DNA of 64,000 nucleotides from an uncultured Methanomicrobiaceae archaeon (GCA_963826525.1 CAWGXH010000004.1:1600001-1664000); one strand, 5' to 3'; counted from the stretch's first letter, positions 9,793 through 21,037 are shown. A program made the numbers and translations. The notes: generated by a model not told the origin, from the sequence alone.

Positions 9793-10476
9793 TACGTTCT
9801 GGAAGAAGGAGATCGCCGAGGATCTCCGAAACCGGCGGGCGCTCCTGCTGAAGTTCGCCCTCCCGCTGGTGCTCCTCTCCCCCTCATGCTCGCAGATGTG
9901 CCAGTCTCGATGCGGGCGGCCGGCCTTGCTGGTGCGGTGATCTTCATCGGCGTCTTCGGCTCGTCGGTCGGGCTGATCCGGATCCGCGAAAGCAGGATGC
10001 TGGAACGCCTGGCGATGCTGCCAGCTCCCCCGCACCGGTTTATCGGGGAGTATATCTTTGCAAACGCCCTCCTCGACGGGGTGCAGCTCCTCGTCCCGGT
10101 GGGGATCTTCCTGGTGGTTAGCCACGCTCTCGCCGGGAGCGCTCTGTGCATCCTCATCTGCTTTGCTGCAGCCGTGGTCGCGGCGAACGCGCTTGGCCTG
10201 CTGGTAGCGATTGCCGCGGGCTCCTCCGGCGAAGGCCACCTCTATGCGATTGTAACGGTCATGGCGGTCTTCATCGTCTCCGGATTCGTCACCCCGGCCG
10301 GGATGGCCTTCCTCGCCGGGATCGGCAGTGCCCTGCCGTTCGGGTACCTCTACGGGGCGATGCTGGGTGCCGGCACTGCTCCTGATCCGCTCACGGTGAT
10401 ACTTGCCCCGCTGACGGCTCTTATCCTCTGCGGGATTGCTCTCGCCGTCTCCCCGCGCCTGTTCCGCGATCTATAA
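9782..10476 (+). CDS. ABC-2 type permease; frameshift in C-run near 9880
   Basis: MLPDTFWKKEIAEDLRNRRALL start, then IRESRMLERLAMLP motif and six hydrophobic segments. Confidence 0.8.
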
Positions 10477-10522
10477 GGCGGGATGATCTGTTCACCCGGA
10501 TCTCGAAGGGCAACCCCTGGAG

Positions 10523-11458
10523 TTATCGGATGAACCCCCGGTGCAGCCCGTTCTCCTCTGCACAGCGGATTGCATACCGGTATTCCTCGCCGGTGACCGG
10601 ACGCTGCAGCGCCCTTTGCATCGGGCTCCTTCCCCCTTCTGCTACCCGTCCCGCCGGACGGTATTGCGCCATGATGTTGACGTATGAATCCCGCGAAACT
10701 TCTTCGGCGATGAACCGCATCACCATCTCGCTGTTTGCCAGGTTGTCGGGGAGCACCAGGTGACGGATAATCATCCCCCGCACGGCAAGCCCGTCTTCGT
10801 CGACAACGAGGTTGCCGACCTGTCGGTGCATCTCCCTCAAAGCCGCCTGCATATATCCGGTGTAGCCCGGGGCGTGCGAGAGGTCCAGCGCCACATCGTC
10901 CCGGCCGTACTTTGCGTCGGGCATGTAGATGTCGATGATGCCGTCTAAAAGCCGCAGAGTGTCCGCCTCGTCGTAGCCGCCGCTGTTGTATACGAGGGGA
11001 ACTGTCAGGCCGAGTGAGGCCGCCACATCGACTGCAGCGATGATCTCCGGGACGACATGCGACGGGGAGACGAAGTTGATGTTGTGGCAGCCCCGCTGCT
11101 GCAGGTGCATCATCGCCCCGGCAAGGTCGCTCGCAGAGATCTCGTATCCTGCCCGGCACTGGCTGATCTCGTAGTTCTGGCAGAACTCGCACCGCATGTT
11201 GCAGCCTGCGAAGAAGATCGTCCCTGAGCCGCCTCTCCCGACAAGTGGCGGCTCTTCACCGAAATGAGGGCCGTAACTTGCGACCATCGGCCAATGGCCG
11301 GTATGGCAGAAACCGAGATCGCCGTCGATTCGGTTTACGTGACAGTGCTGGGGGCATACAGTGCAGTCGCGGAGGATCTCGCAGGCTTTCCGGGCACGCT
11401 CCGTAAGTTCGCCGCTCTCGTGCAGGGAGAGATAGCCGGGTAGAATGTTCCTTTCCAT
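10523..11458 (-). CDS. radical SAM protein, PflX-like (COG1313)
   Basis: CTVCPQHC; HFGEEPPLVG..GSGTIFF; CNMRCEFC; DIYMPDAKY; IRHLVLP; NIMAQYRP. Confidence 0.9.
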   Translation of the reverse strand: MERNILPGYLSLHESGELTERARKACEILRDCTVCPQHCHVNRIDGDLGFCHTGHWPMVASYGPHFGEEPPLVGRGGSGTIFFAGCNMRCEFCQNYEISQCRAGYEISASDLAGAMMHLQQRGCHNINFVSPSHVVPEIIAAVDVAASLGLTVPLVYNSGGYDEADTLRLLDGIIDIYMPDAKYGRDDVALDLSHAPGYTGYMQAALREMHRQVGNLVVDEDGLAVRGMIIRHLVLPDNLANSEMVMRFIAEEVSRDSYVNIMAQYRPAGRVAEGGRSPMQRALQRPVTGEEYRYAIRCAEENGLHRGFIR

Positions 11459-11692
11459 GGCCTGGGCCTTCGCGTAGGGAACGGCAGGAGATGAAGGTTT
11501 GCTTCACCTCTCTGCATCCCTTCCCGCACCGCCGTATTCGGGTATCATCGATGATGGAGATCAGATCGGCGTTCATCGATGCAGGCATCGCGTTCCCGGC
11601 TGAAACCAGGCCGCGCCGTCAAGATCGGGGTGTAAAAAAAGGTCGGGTGGCCCTTCCGGGAGGCGGGGTCTCCCGTCTGACAGCTCGGGCGT

Positions 11693-12106
11693 TCACGAGG
11701 TCGCGGGGATATCCCTGCTCTTCTGGCAGACTGCGTCGATGACACCGTTCTGCACATTGTAAAAACTATGGGAGGCGTCGATCTCACAGTCGAGTTCGAT
11801 CACTGTCTCTTCGTCGCCTCCCGTGCAGAGTGTCACCGAGTCGCTCTGGAACGTCACGTAAGGGGCGCTCAAAGCGCGTGCATCCACCTCGGCGGTGATG
11901 TAGATGCAGTCCTCGCCTTCGATCACTTCGACGTCGGTCTCATCTCTATCTGCGTCGTCGAGATCGAAGGGCGCCGGCATTCCGCCGGGGCCGGCGATGA
12001 TGGTGAACCCTATCATTCGCGGATCCCCTGTGGGGAGATCGTTCAGGAGCCGCTCCATCAGTCGTGCAATATTGCGGAACATTTCGTCATATGGATTATT
12101 TGCCAT
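11693..12106 (-). CDS. conserved acidic protein, Hsp20/CS-like fold
   Basis: [21 protein letters not shown]..; EVIEGEDCIYITAE; YNVQNGVIDAVC. Confidence 0.65.
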   Translation of the reverse strand: MANNPYDEMFRNIARLMERLLNDLPTGDPRMIGFTIIAGPGGMPAPFDLDDADRDETDVEVIEGEDCIYITAEVDARALSAPYVTFQSDSVTLCTGGDEETVIELDCEIDASHSFYNVQNGVIDAVCQKSRDIPATS

Positions 12107-12720
12107 GTGCACCACGTACCATGTACTCTGTGTCGGTTCGCTCAACAAGCCCCTTCTCGATGAGGCTCCGTAGTATTCTGGATAGCTCATCCGTGGACAG
12201 GTCGCTCAGTTCCTCAAGTTCCTCCAGGGTAAGGTTATAGTGAGAAAGCGCAAGGATGATATCGAGTTCTTTTTCACTTGCGAGGATCTCGCTCCCGGTT
12301 CTCATAATCTCATTGACCTTTGCCCCGATGTCCCGCTCAAGACCTTCGAGACTGCTGAGAAGATCATCGCGCGCCTGTATCAGCCGCCTGAAGAGGAGGA
12401 GGGATCCGATGAACTTTGCCGTCTGATCCTCATCTGATCGGGATAGCGTCACCCCGTCCTGCTTCTGCAGGTCTATGATGACATTGATGTTATGTGAGAG
12501 ATAGTAATACTTTCGTCTGCGTTCGTCCTGACAGGAGATGAGCAGCTGCTCCCGTTCCATCATCTGCAGGTGCTCAATTACCGCTTTCGGACTGAGTACC
12601 GAGCCTCTCGGATATCTCAGTCACAAAACACGGTTTCTGACGCAATAGTTCTATTATTCGTCTTCGATTCCGGTTTCCCAGGATATCCAGGAGACGGGAA
12701 ACCTCGCTGCTATCGAGCAT
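12096..12720 (-). CDS. ArsR-family HTH transcriptional regulator (COG1777-like); frameshift near 12598
   Basis: Manual translation from ATG 12720: [53 protein letters not shown]...RRRKYYYL; second wHTH at the C-terminus. Confidence 0.85.
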
Positions 12721-12757
12721 CTTTACCTAATGTTAGTGGTGAAAATATAAAAAGAGA

Positions 12758-14224
12758 TCATTCAAAGAGGCGGTAGTTCGGTGCCTCATCGGTGATCATG
12801 ATATTGTGCGGGTGGCTCTCCCCGTAGCCTGCGGCGGTGATCCGGATGAACCTGCCGTTCCGCTTCAGATCCGGCACCGTCGCCGATCCGGTGTATCCCA
12901 TCGCGGACTTCAGCCCCCCGACCAGCTGGTAGATGACGTCGGAGACCCGCCCAACGTACGGCGTGACGCCCTCGACGCCTTCGGGGACAAACTTCGTCCG
13001 GCCGATATCCTTCTTCTGGAAGTACCGGTCGCTCGACTCGCCGCTGCTCATCACACCGAGGGAGCCCATGCCCCGGTACTGTTTGTACCGGCGTCCCTTG
13101 ATCGTGGTCACGCGCCCCGGCGCTTCGTCGGTGCCGGCAAAGAGACTCCCTGCCATGATGCTGTCGGCGCCTGCTGCGATCGCCTTTGCGATATCGCCGC
13201 TGAACCTGATGCCGCCGTCGGCTATCACCGGCACGTCCGCCGGGTGCGCGATCTCGGCGACGTTTGCTATCGCCGTGACCTGGGGAACACCGACACCGGC
13301 AACGATGCGGGTGGTGCAGATTGAACCCGGTCCGATACCGACCTTCAGGCCGTCGACCGTATCTGCGAGTGTTTCTGCGGCCTTCCGTGTTGCAATATTG
13401 CCTGCCACGACATCGGTCGAGACGCTCCCTTTGATGTTCTTGACCGCTTCGACGACCTTCATGTTGTGGCCGTGTGCACAGTCGACGACGAGGGCGTCGA
13501 CACCGCTCTCGGCGAGCAGCATGGCGCGGTTAAAGTCATGGGGTCCGACCGCTGCCGCGACCCGGAGCCTGCCGTTCGCGTCGCGGTTCGCGCGGGGGAA
13601 CTGGCGTTTCTCGAGGACGTCCCGCATGGTGATGATCCCGAGCAGGTTCCCGTCATCGTTGACGATCGGGAGGCGCTCGACCTTGTTCGCGTACATTATC
13701 TCGAGTGCCGAGTCCATCGTGATCTCCTCGGTCGCCGTGATCGGCTTCTTCGTCATGAAATCCGTAACCTTCGCAGCAGCGCTCCGCGGTAGAATTGCCC
13801 TGATATCGCGGCGGCTCACGATACCGATGATCCGCCCGTCCTCCATCACCGGGACACCGCCGATCCCGTACTGCCGCATCAGCAGCTCGACGTCGGCGAC
13901 CGTTGCGGTCGACCCGACCGTGAGCACCTCGCGCTCGATCAGATCTTCTGCCTGCTTGACGATCCTGACCTCTTCGACCTCCCGCTCCGGAGGCATATTC
14001 CGGTGGATGACCCCGATACCCCCCTCGCGTGCCATGGTGATCGCCATTCGCGCTTCGGTCACCGTATCCATTGCCGCACTTACGAGCGGGATGTTGAGAG
14101 GGATGTTCCGTGAGAATCTGGAGCGGACATCCGCCTCGTCTGGCTCGGTATACGACGCTGCAGGTTCGAGGAGCACATCGTCGAACGTAAATGTTGTTTC
14201 AAGCTTCATCTTTTCAAGGTACAT
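12758..14224 (-). CDS. guaB: IMP dehydrogenase
   Basis: TFDDVLL; SAAMDTVTE; CBS pair; KVGIGPGSICTTR; YRGMGS. Confidence 0.98.
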   Translation of the reverse strand: MYLEKMKLETTFTFDDVLLEPAASYTEPDEADVRSRFSRNIPLNIPLVSAAMDTVTEARMAITMAREGGIGVIHRNMPPEREVEEVRIVKQAEDLIEREVLTVGSTATVADVELLMRQYGIGGVPVMEDGRIIGIVSRRDIRAILPRSAAAKVTDFMTKKPITATEEITMDSALEIMYANKVERLPIVNDDGNLLGIITMRDVLEKRQFPRANRDANGRLRVAAAVGPHDFNRAMLLAESGVDALVVDCAHGHNMKVVEAVKNIKGSVSTDVVAGNIATRKAAETLADTVDGLKVGIGPGSICTTRIVAGVGVPQVTAIANVAEIAHPADVPVIADGGIRFSGDIAKAIAAGADSIMAGSLFAGTDEAPGRVTTIKGRRYKQYRGMGSLGVMSSGESSDRYFQKKDIGRTKFVPEGVEGVTPYVGRVSDVIYQLVGGLKSAMGYTGSATVPDLKRNGRFIRITAAGYGESHPHNIMITDEAPNYRLFE

Positions 14225-14227
14225 AAT

Positions 14228-14917
14228 TCACCCGATCATCTTCATCGCCTTATCGACGAGATCCGCCCTGATGGAATCGGAGCGGTCTCCACCGCAGACC
14301 ATTCCCCGGACACCGATGATATCCGGGTCTATGCGGTTTAAGGCATCGATATCTTCAAACTTCAGCGAACCGGCAAGAGCCGTCTTCAGTCCGAGGTCAC
14401 GGTTCTGCAGGGTAAATCGGGAGAGAGCCTCTTCGTCCATGAACGAAAAGGTGCTCTTTCCATCCTTGATACCGGTATCGACCATGGCGATATCCGCGCC
14501 GGCGTCCGCTACGAGCGAACTGATCGCGAACGGGGAGATGGTTCCCATGCGCTCGTAATCCGAGTACGCAGCAATAACAACGTACTTTTCGGGAAAATCA
14601 CCTTTCACTGCCGTGGTCACCGCATCGATGACCTCACGGGCACGTTCGAGTCCGTCAAACATCAGGCCAACTTTGATAAAATCAGCACCCGCACACGCGG
14701 CTCCATAGGCCGAGAGAGCCGCGGTCCCTGGTTTGTACTCATTGTCCCCGATCGCAGCACTGACAGGCTTATTCTCCGCTATCCGCTTGATCTCCCTGAT
14801 AACCCAGGGGAAGTTTGCACCCAGCGATCCTTCTGACGGCTTCTTAACGTCAATGATATCAGCGGAAAGGGAACTCTGTGCCTCCTCAATACTGCTAGGA
14901 CTGACGAGTAATTGCAT
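14228..14917 (-). CDS. mfnB: (5-formylfuran-3-yl)methyl phosphate synthase (methanofuran biosynthesis)
   Basis: LLVSP..EA; DIIDVKKPSEGSLGANFPW; MVDTGIKDG; ALAGSL; GVRG.VC. Confidence 0.93.
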   Translation of the reverse strand: MQLLVSPSSIEEAQSSLSADIIDVKKPSEGSLGANFPWVIREIKRIAENKPVSAAIGDNEYKPGTAALSAYGAACAGADFIKVGLMFDGLERAREVIDAVTTAVKGDFPEKYVVIAAYSDYERMGTISPFAISSLVADAGADIAMVDTGIKDGKSTFSFMDEEALSRFTLQNRDLGLKTALAGSLKFEDIDALNRIDPDIIGVRGMVCGGDRSDSIRADLVDKAMKMIG

Positions 14918-14961
14918 ATAAATTAATGATCCTGCATCCTAATAGTGATTACGTTGAGGAC

Positions 14962-15642
14962 ATGGAACTGATTCTCGCAGTTGATCTCGCAGGCGGTCTG
15001 GTCGTACACGGAAGAAAAGGGGAGCGGGAGAGCTACCGCCCGCTGACCTGGGGGCTTGCCCCTTCGGCAGAGCCGGTGGCGTACCTATCGCATCTCCGGC
15101 CGCGATTCCTCTATATCGCGGATCTTGACCGTATTCGGGGCGGACGGCCGCATGACGATCTGGTACGACAGTCTGCATCGCTCGTGGAACGCTGTTACCT
15201 CGACCGGGGGTGTCGGTCGCCTGCGGAATGCACCGAGCCCGATGGCGTGACGCCGGTCGTCGGCACGGAGACGGCCGCCCGCACCGTCGAAGGTCTGGCC
15301 GCATATCCAGGGGGGTTCCTGAGCGCGGACATCCGGGGCGGCCGTGTCATCCCGTGGGGCATCGAGCCTGCCGCTCTTCTCGAGCAGGTGAGTGCGATGC
15401 CGTTTGAGGGCTGTATCATCCTCAATATCGGTGCGGTCGGGACCGAGGAAGGTCTTTCGGAAGCGTGCCTGGAAGAGATGCGATCCCGCTATCCCGGCCG
15501 TCTCTTCTACGGGGGCGGTGTATCGGGGCCTGACGATATCTATCTGCTCGCGGATCTCGGATTCGACGGTGCCATCGTCGCCACTGCCGTCCACCGTGGA
15601 TCGATCCCGCTTGCCTGGATCCGGAGGGGGCATCCGTGCTGA
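14962..15642 (+). CDS. HisA/HisF-related TIM-barrel protein
   Basis: LILAVDLAGGLVVHG..G.R..YRP; LYIADLDRI; VGT..G; YGGGV; AIVATAVH; GAGGA SD before 14962. Confidence 0.85.
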   Translation: MELILAVDLAGGLVVHGRKGERESYRPLTWGLAPSAEPVAYLSHLRPRFLYIADLDRIRGGRPHDDLVRQSASLVERCYLDRGCRSPAECTEPDGVTPVVGTETAARTVEGLAAYPGGFLSADIRGGRVIPWGIEPAALLEQVSAMPFEGCIILNIGAVGTEEGLSEACLEEMRSRYPGRLFYGGGVSGPDDIYLLADLGFDGAIVATAVHRGSIPLAWIRRGHPC

Positions 15643-16253
15643 TCACCCTCGAGGGAATCGACGGCAGTGGAAAGAGCACTCTCCATGCCGCGCTCCGGGA
15701 GTCGCTTGCCGACCTCGATCCGATCTTCACCCGTGAGCCGGGCGCCACCTGGATCGGCGATGCTGTCCGGCGTGCGGTAGCGGAGCGGATGGATCCGATC
15801 GCCGAGGCGCTGCTCTTCGTTGCCGACCATGCGGCGCACCTCGATACCATCGTGAGACCTGCGCTCGCGGAGGGGCGCCTTGTCGTCTCGGACCGCTACT
15901 CCGACAGCCGGTTCGCCTACCAGCCGGTCGTCCTTGCGGATGCTCTTCCGGATCCGCTCTGCTGGCTCCGACAGATTCACGAAGGATGGTCGATCCGCCC
16001 CGACCGGACATTCCTCTTCGTGCTTCCGGTAGAAGCAGCACTAAACAGGGTCGGGACGAAAAAGATGCGCGAGTACTTCGAAGATGCGCGAATCCTGGAA
16101 GAGGTGCAGAAAAACTATCTGGACCTTGCCGCTGCCGATCCGTCGCGGTTTGTTCTGGTGGATGCTTTGGTCGAAAAAGAAGAGATCTGTCGGTTTGTAA
16201 GTGATGAGATCAGGCAGTGTGCCCGATCGTCACGATCACGTCCCCGACAGTGA
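15636..16253 (+). CDS. tmk: thymidylate kinase
   Basis: [13 protein letters not shown]; TREP; [12 protein letters not shown]. Confidence 0.95.
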   Translation: MLITLEGIDGSGKSTLHAALRESLADLDPIFTREPGATWIGDAVRRAVAERMDPIAEALLFVADHAAHLDTIVRPALAEGRLVVSDRYSDSRFAYQPVVLADALPDPLCWLRQIHEGWSIRPDRTFLFVLPVEAALNRVGTKKMREYFEDARILEEVQKNYLDLAAADPSRFVLVDALVEKEEICRFVSDEIRQCARSSRSRPRQ

Positions 16254-18801
16254 GGACTTCCACATCTTCCCCTGCTACCCGGTAAGTCACCTTCGGGGTG
16301 AAGGCATTCTGGGGCACGGGTATCTCCTCTCCGTTGACGAGAATGGTCGCCGGAGGATTGACGAGCTGCTCCGGCGACAGTGTCCGCACCGCATCCATGA
16401 ACGCTTTTGCCTGTTTTCGGAGTGCCGGGCCGATGACCGCCATATTGAACTCGACATCGCTGATGACCTCTTCGAGGTTCGGCGTCTCGGTGCTCCAGTG
16501 CAAGTCGGCGTTCAATGCCCGTCCTGCATCTCCGGCGTCCTCGATCGGCTCTGCAGTATAGATCGTCACATGCCCGAGCGGCGCATTCAGTGCCATGCCT
16601 GCATCGTGCTTGTACCGCCGGAGTTCCGCCACCATCCCCACAACGAGGTCGCCCTCTCTTCGGGCTGCATCGTCAAAGTACGCAACCTCCGGCCATGAAG
16701 TGCCGTGCACGCTCGTTCCGGCAAGATGGGAGTAGCACTCCTCCGCAAAGTGCGGGATTATGGGAGCGAGCATGCGGCAGACAGCGTCCATCGTTGTTCT
16801 GAGTGCGGATACGGCGCTTGCTCTGCCGAGATCATCTGCATAGAGACGTCCTTTGACGAGCTCGATATAATCGTCGGCGACGGTGTTCCAGGCGAACTCG
16901 CGAACTGCCCGGAGCGCCCGGTCGAACTGGTAACCGTCCATCGCCGCAGTAACCTCGGCAACGGTCTCCGAGAGGCGAACGAGCAGCCAGCGGTCGGCGA
17001 GCTCGGTGACCGGTGCCGCCTCTCCCTCCTCTCCGCCGATATGTCCGAGGACGAACCGGAAGATGTTCCAGAGTTTTGTCTGGAAACGAGACGCGGCGAC
17101 GACGTCGTTCCAGTTGAACATGATATCGGATCCGGTCGCCGCACCGCCGGCCCCCCACTGTCGGAGAGCGTCGGCGCCGTACTGGCTCACAATCTCCTCC
17201 GGGGGGATGATGTTGTTCCTGCTCTTGCTCATCTTGAACCCGTCCTCGCCGAGCACCATGCCGTTGACAAGGATCTCGTCCCAGGGGTAACTGCCGACGA
17301 GGGCCTTTGCGCGAAGGATCGTATAGAACGCCCATGTCCTGATGATATCGTGACCCTGGGGGCGGATCTGGGCAGGGAAGAGGGCAGGAGCGCCGCTTCC
17401 GTCCCACCCGGTGATGTTCAGCACCGAGATCGAGGAGTCCATCCAGGTATCGAGGACATCCTCTTCGCCTTCAAACTCCGCACCCCCGCACTGCGGGCAG
17501 GGCTCTTTCGGTCTGTCGACAGTAGGATCTATCGGCAGGCTCTCTTCGGACGGGAGGATCATCTCGCCGCAGGAGCGGCAGAACCAGACCGGGATAGGGG
17601 TTGCGAAGATCCGCTGCCGGGAGATGCACCAGTCCCACTCCATCTGCTCTGCCCAGTTCTCCATCCTCGTGAACATATGTTCGGGCGTCCAGCGAATCTT
17701 CCGTGCAGCCTCGAGGATCTCGTCCTGGTGGATCTTCACGAACCACTGCCGCTCGGAGAGGATCTCTATCGGTGTCTTGCACCGCCAGCAGGTGCCCACA
17801 CGCTGCTCGAGTTCTTCCTGCCGGATCAGAATCCCCGACTCCTTCATGTCGGCAAGGATCCGCTCTCGGCACTCGGCGGCGTTTAAGCCCGCATATGCTC
17901 CGGCGGTATCGGTCATGATCCCCTGGCGGTCGATGGCCTTCCGAAGGTCGAGGTTGTGCTGTTTCCACCAGTGTACGTCCGTCTTGTCGCCGAAGGTGCA
18001 GATCATCACCGCACCGCTCCCGAACCCGGGGTCGACGGCGACGTCTTCGATGACCGGGACGGCATGCCCGAAGAAGGGCACGTTCAGTCTCCTGCCCTTC
18101 AGTCCGCCGTACCGCTTATCGTCGGGGTGAACCGCTACCGCCACGCATGCGGCGAGCAGTTCCGGGCGGGTGGTTGCGATCTCGACACCGTCAAAGTCGA
18201 AGTAGTTGAGTTTCGTCCTGCGCGGCTCGTATGAAACCTCCGCAAAGGCGATCGCCGTCTCACAGCGCGTGCAGAAGTTCACCGGATGCTCGCTCTGGTA
18301 GATATCGCCAGCCTTGATCATCTGGAGAAATGAACGCTGCGTTTTGCCGAAGTACTCCGGCATCATGGTGATATATTCGTGGCTCCAGTCGATGGAGAAG
18401 CCGAGCCGGCGCATGGTGGTGCGCATCTTTGCGATGTTGCCGAGCGTCAGGTCACGGCACATGGTGCGGAACTCTTCCCGGGGAACGTCGTTTTTGGTGA
18501 TGCCGTGCGTCTCCTCCACCTTCACCTCGGTCGGCAGGCCGTGGCAGTCCCATCCCTGGGGGAACATGACGTTGAACCCCTGCATCCGCTTGTAGCGGGC
18601 GATAAAGTCGATATAACACCAGTTGAGCGCGTTTCCGATGTGGAAGTTGCCGGTGGGGTACGGGGGTGGCGTATCGATGATGAAGCGCGGTTTTGAAGAG
18701 TCGGGATTGAAATAATTCTCCTCGTCCCGCCAGGTACTCTGCCAGCGGGTCTCCACCTCACCACATTCATACTGTTTGGGTATTTGATCTGACGGCGACA
18801 T
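16210..18801 (-). CDS. valS: valine--tRNA ligase (archaeal type)
   Basis: [15 protein letters not shown]; [10 protein letters not shown]; DWCISRQR; DTWMDSS; KMSKS; start at [11 protein letters not shown]. Confidence 0.97.
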   Translation of the reverse strand: MSPSDQIPKQYECGEVETRWQSTWRDEENYFNPDSSKPRFIIDTPPPYPTGNFHIGNALNWCYIDFIARYKRMQGFNVMFPQGWDCHGLPTEVKVEETHGITKNDVPREEFRTMCRDLTLGNIAKMRTTMRRLGFSIDWSHEYITMMPEYFGKTQRSFLQMIKAGDIYQSEHPVNFCTRCETAIAFAEVSYEPRRTKLNYFDFDGVEIATTRPELLAACVAVAVHPDDKRYGGLKGRRLNVPFFGHAVPVIEDVAVDPGFGSGAVMICTFGDKTDVHWWKQHNLDLRKAIDRQGIMTDTAGAYAGLNAAECRERILADMKESGILIRQEELEQRVGTCWRCKTPIEILSERQWFVKIHQDEILEAARKIRWTPEHMFTRMENWAEQMEWDWCISRQRIFATPIPVWFCRSCGEMILPSEESLPIDPTVDRPKEPCPQCGGAEFEGEEDVLDTWMDSSISVLNITGWDGSGAPALFPAQIRPQGHDIIRTWAFYTILRAKALVGSYPWDEILVNGMVLGEDGFKMSKSRNNIIPPEEIVSQYGADALRQWGAGGAATGSDIMFNWNDVVAASRFQTKLWNIFRFVLGHIGGEEGEAAPVTELADRWLLVRLSETVAEVTAAMDGYQFDRALRAVREFAWNTVADDYIELVKGRLYADDLGRASAVSALRTTMDAVCRMLAPIIPHFAEECYSHLAGTSVHGTSWPEVAYFDDAARREGDLVVGMVAELRRYKHDAGMALNAPLGHVTIYTAEPIEDAGDAGRALNADLHWSTETPNLEEVISDVEFNMAVIGPALRKQAKAFMDAVRTLSPEQLVNPPATILVNGEEIPVPQNAFTPKVTYRVAGEDVEVLTVGDVIVTIGHTA

Positions 18802-18988
18802 ATTCAGCTCTTCTATTTCTCTCTCTGCAACGAAATATAGTGATCGAAGCTCGGCCTTTCGGGAGCGGTCGTCTCTCAGAGTTCGGTGCAAAAACAGGCG
18901 TTATCAATGCACGTTTTCCCGGTGAAGCCGCGGCGTGGAAGGTCACGAAGGCTAAAGGCTTTTTCGTACAAGCACCAAACGTACATGA

Positions 18989-20184
18989 ATGACAAAGTTG
19001 CTGGGGCTCATGCTGGCATCGATACTCACGTTCGCATGTATTGCGCTCGCCCCGCTGCTCCAGCCAAACTGGCTGCTCTCCGTGCTTATCATCCCCTTCT
19101 CGCTCGTCCTCTTCCTGATCCATGACACGAAATACGCCTCGATCTCGCTCATTGCTCTTGCGGTTCTCTACGGACTCGGGTGGCTGTCTCTCTTCGTTTT
19201 TGCAAGTACTCTTGCGATCGTCGTCTTCGGCGAGCTGGCGTTCCGGGCAGGCGGCGAGGGTAAACGGTCGTACCTCTATCATATCGTGGCGGCGACGGCG
19301 GCATCGCTGCCGGTCATGGTCTACCTCGACCATCTCACGCCGCTTATCGTTCTGATGGGCGTCGTTGTCGCGGCGCTCCTCGATCCGCCCTCCGGGAACG
19401 CGACGACGCGCTGATGATCGAGGCGCTCGGCGTCGCGATGACGATGTCGCTCTTCAAGGAGATCGGCTTTCAGGTCGATATTACGTTCCTTCTCGTTGCG
19501 GCTATCATCGCGTTCGGTTTCGGCTACTCGTCCTACCGCCTCCGCGTCGCGGATATCAGCGGTCTCTTCTCCGGTGCCCTGATCGGTATCATCCTGATCG
19601 TCTTCGCCGACGTCCGCTGGTTCCTGATCATGCTCACGTTCTTCATTATCGGAGCAGCGGCAACGCGCTACAAATACGACTACAAGGCATCGATAGGGGT
19701 AGCCGAATCCCACGGCGGCGTTCGCGGATACTTCAATGTCTTCGCGAACGGTCTTGTGGCAACAGGTGCCGCCGTACTCTACGGTGTCACCGGCGATCCT
19801 GTATTCATCGCGCTGTTTCTTGGAAGTGTTGCATCGGCAGCGGCCGATACGGCTGCAAGCGAGATCGGCATGACCGGCAGCGTACCCTACCTGATCACAA
19901 CGTTAAAGTCGGTTCCTCGGGGGACGAACGGAGGAGTAACCATCAGGGGAGAGGTCGTCGCAGTCGCGGCTGCCGCAGTCGTTGCAGCGGCTGCATACGC
20001 CATGGGAGTCGCCGATATCCCGCTGATGATCGTCACGGTTATTGCCGGCTTTGTCGGGACGAACGTCGACAGTCTTGTCGGCGCCACGCTTGAGAACCGG
20101 GGAACGTTCGGGAACTCGGGGACAAATCTCACCGCCACGTTCTCCGGCGGTGTCGCTGCGATGGGACTGTTTCTTCTCTTCTGA
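18989..20184 (+). CDS. DUF92/TIGR00297 membrane protein; frameshift near 19380
   Basis: G.RG..NVFANG; ADTAASEIG; ITTLKSVPRGTNGGVT..GE; DSLVGATLE; two ORFs that join as LLRSALRERDDALMIE. Confidence 0.85.
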
Positions 20185-20203
20185 TTCGCAGTAAAAAAAG
20201 ATT

Positions 20204-21037
20204 TTAATATTTATACCAGCGCCCTTTCTCGTCGTACTCGCCCTGCTCTATGGTCACGACTCCTGCCGCACGCCGGCGGAAGAGGCACGCTTTGTAAGCA
20301 TAGAGGATGCTCGTCGCAAGAGTGATCACCAGGGCATAGACGAATGCCGTGATCCAGATGCCTTCTGTCCCGAGCATGGAGAGGATATCCTGCGGCATCA
20401 GCGTCTGAAGATCGGTGGTGTTCATCTGCGTCAGCGGTTCGATCTGTGGAGCGAGGAGTATCGTCCAGATGAACAGGCCGAGGAACCCGAGGATAAGCAG
20501 GATCCCTATGTTGATAACATAGAAGAGGATCACGCTGCCCGACGAACCAAGGACGAACTCGATGCTCCTCCGGATTGAGTCGAGCACCTTCCGGTCTTCA
20601 AAGACGGCTGCCGTGTCGTAAAAGAACGTGAAGAAGACGAACGGCACGAAGATTCCGAACATCATGAAGGCGGCGAGCTCGCTCTCTGCGCCAAGACCAA
20701 TGAGGGTGATGGGAACCGCCAGCAGCAGCGCGGTGAAGAGTGCCGCAAAGAAGACGACCAGCGCCGGAAGCAGTATCCGGAAGTAATAGGTCTTTGCTGC
20801 GGTGAAAAAGGACGCGGGGGTGTAATCTCCCGTCTTGATGGCGCCGTACACTCCTCCTGCCAGAAACGGAAGGGTGACGACCTGGAATAGTGCCAGGGGC
20901 TCTGCATAGAAACTGCCACCGTAGACTGGAAGGATGACGTCGAGAACTGCGAACGCTCCCATCACGAGGCCGATAGACCAGAGGATCGGCTGCCGGCGCA
21001 GAAGCCCGGCAGCCTCGGTGAATGACTCGAGAACCAT
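20204..21037 (-). CDS. conserved multi-pass membrane protein
   Basis: About six hydrophobic segments; FFYDTAAVFED..V.DSIRRS; C-terminal GEYDEKGRWYKY. Confidence 0.8.
   Translation of the reverse strand: MVLESFTEAAGLLRRQPILWSIGLVMGAFAVLDVILPVYGGSFYAEPLALFQVVTLPFLAGGVYGAIKTGDYTPASFFTAAKTYYFRILLPALVVFFAALFTALLLAVPITLIGLGAESELAAFMMFGIFVPFVFFTFFYDTAAVFEDRKVLDSIRRSIEFVLGSSGSVILFYVINIGILLILGFLGLFIWTILLAPQIEPLTQMNTTDLQTLMPQDILSMLGTEGIWITAFVYALVITLATSILYAYKACLFRRRAAGVVTIEQGEYDEKGRWYKY

Noticed and set aside
12933-14558. 541-aa plus-strand ORF, and similar long antisense ORFs over valS, hisS and pscS
   Set aside because: Antisense shadows of GC-rich genes
16210-16253. Convergent overlap of tmk and valS 3' ends
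   Set aside because: Short tail-to-tail overlaps are common in compact archaeal genomes
19380-19416. TGA/ATG junction suggesting two genes or recoding in DUF92
   Set aside because: One missing base near 19380 restores a single continuous protein
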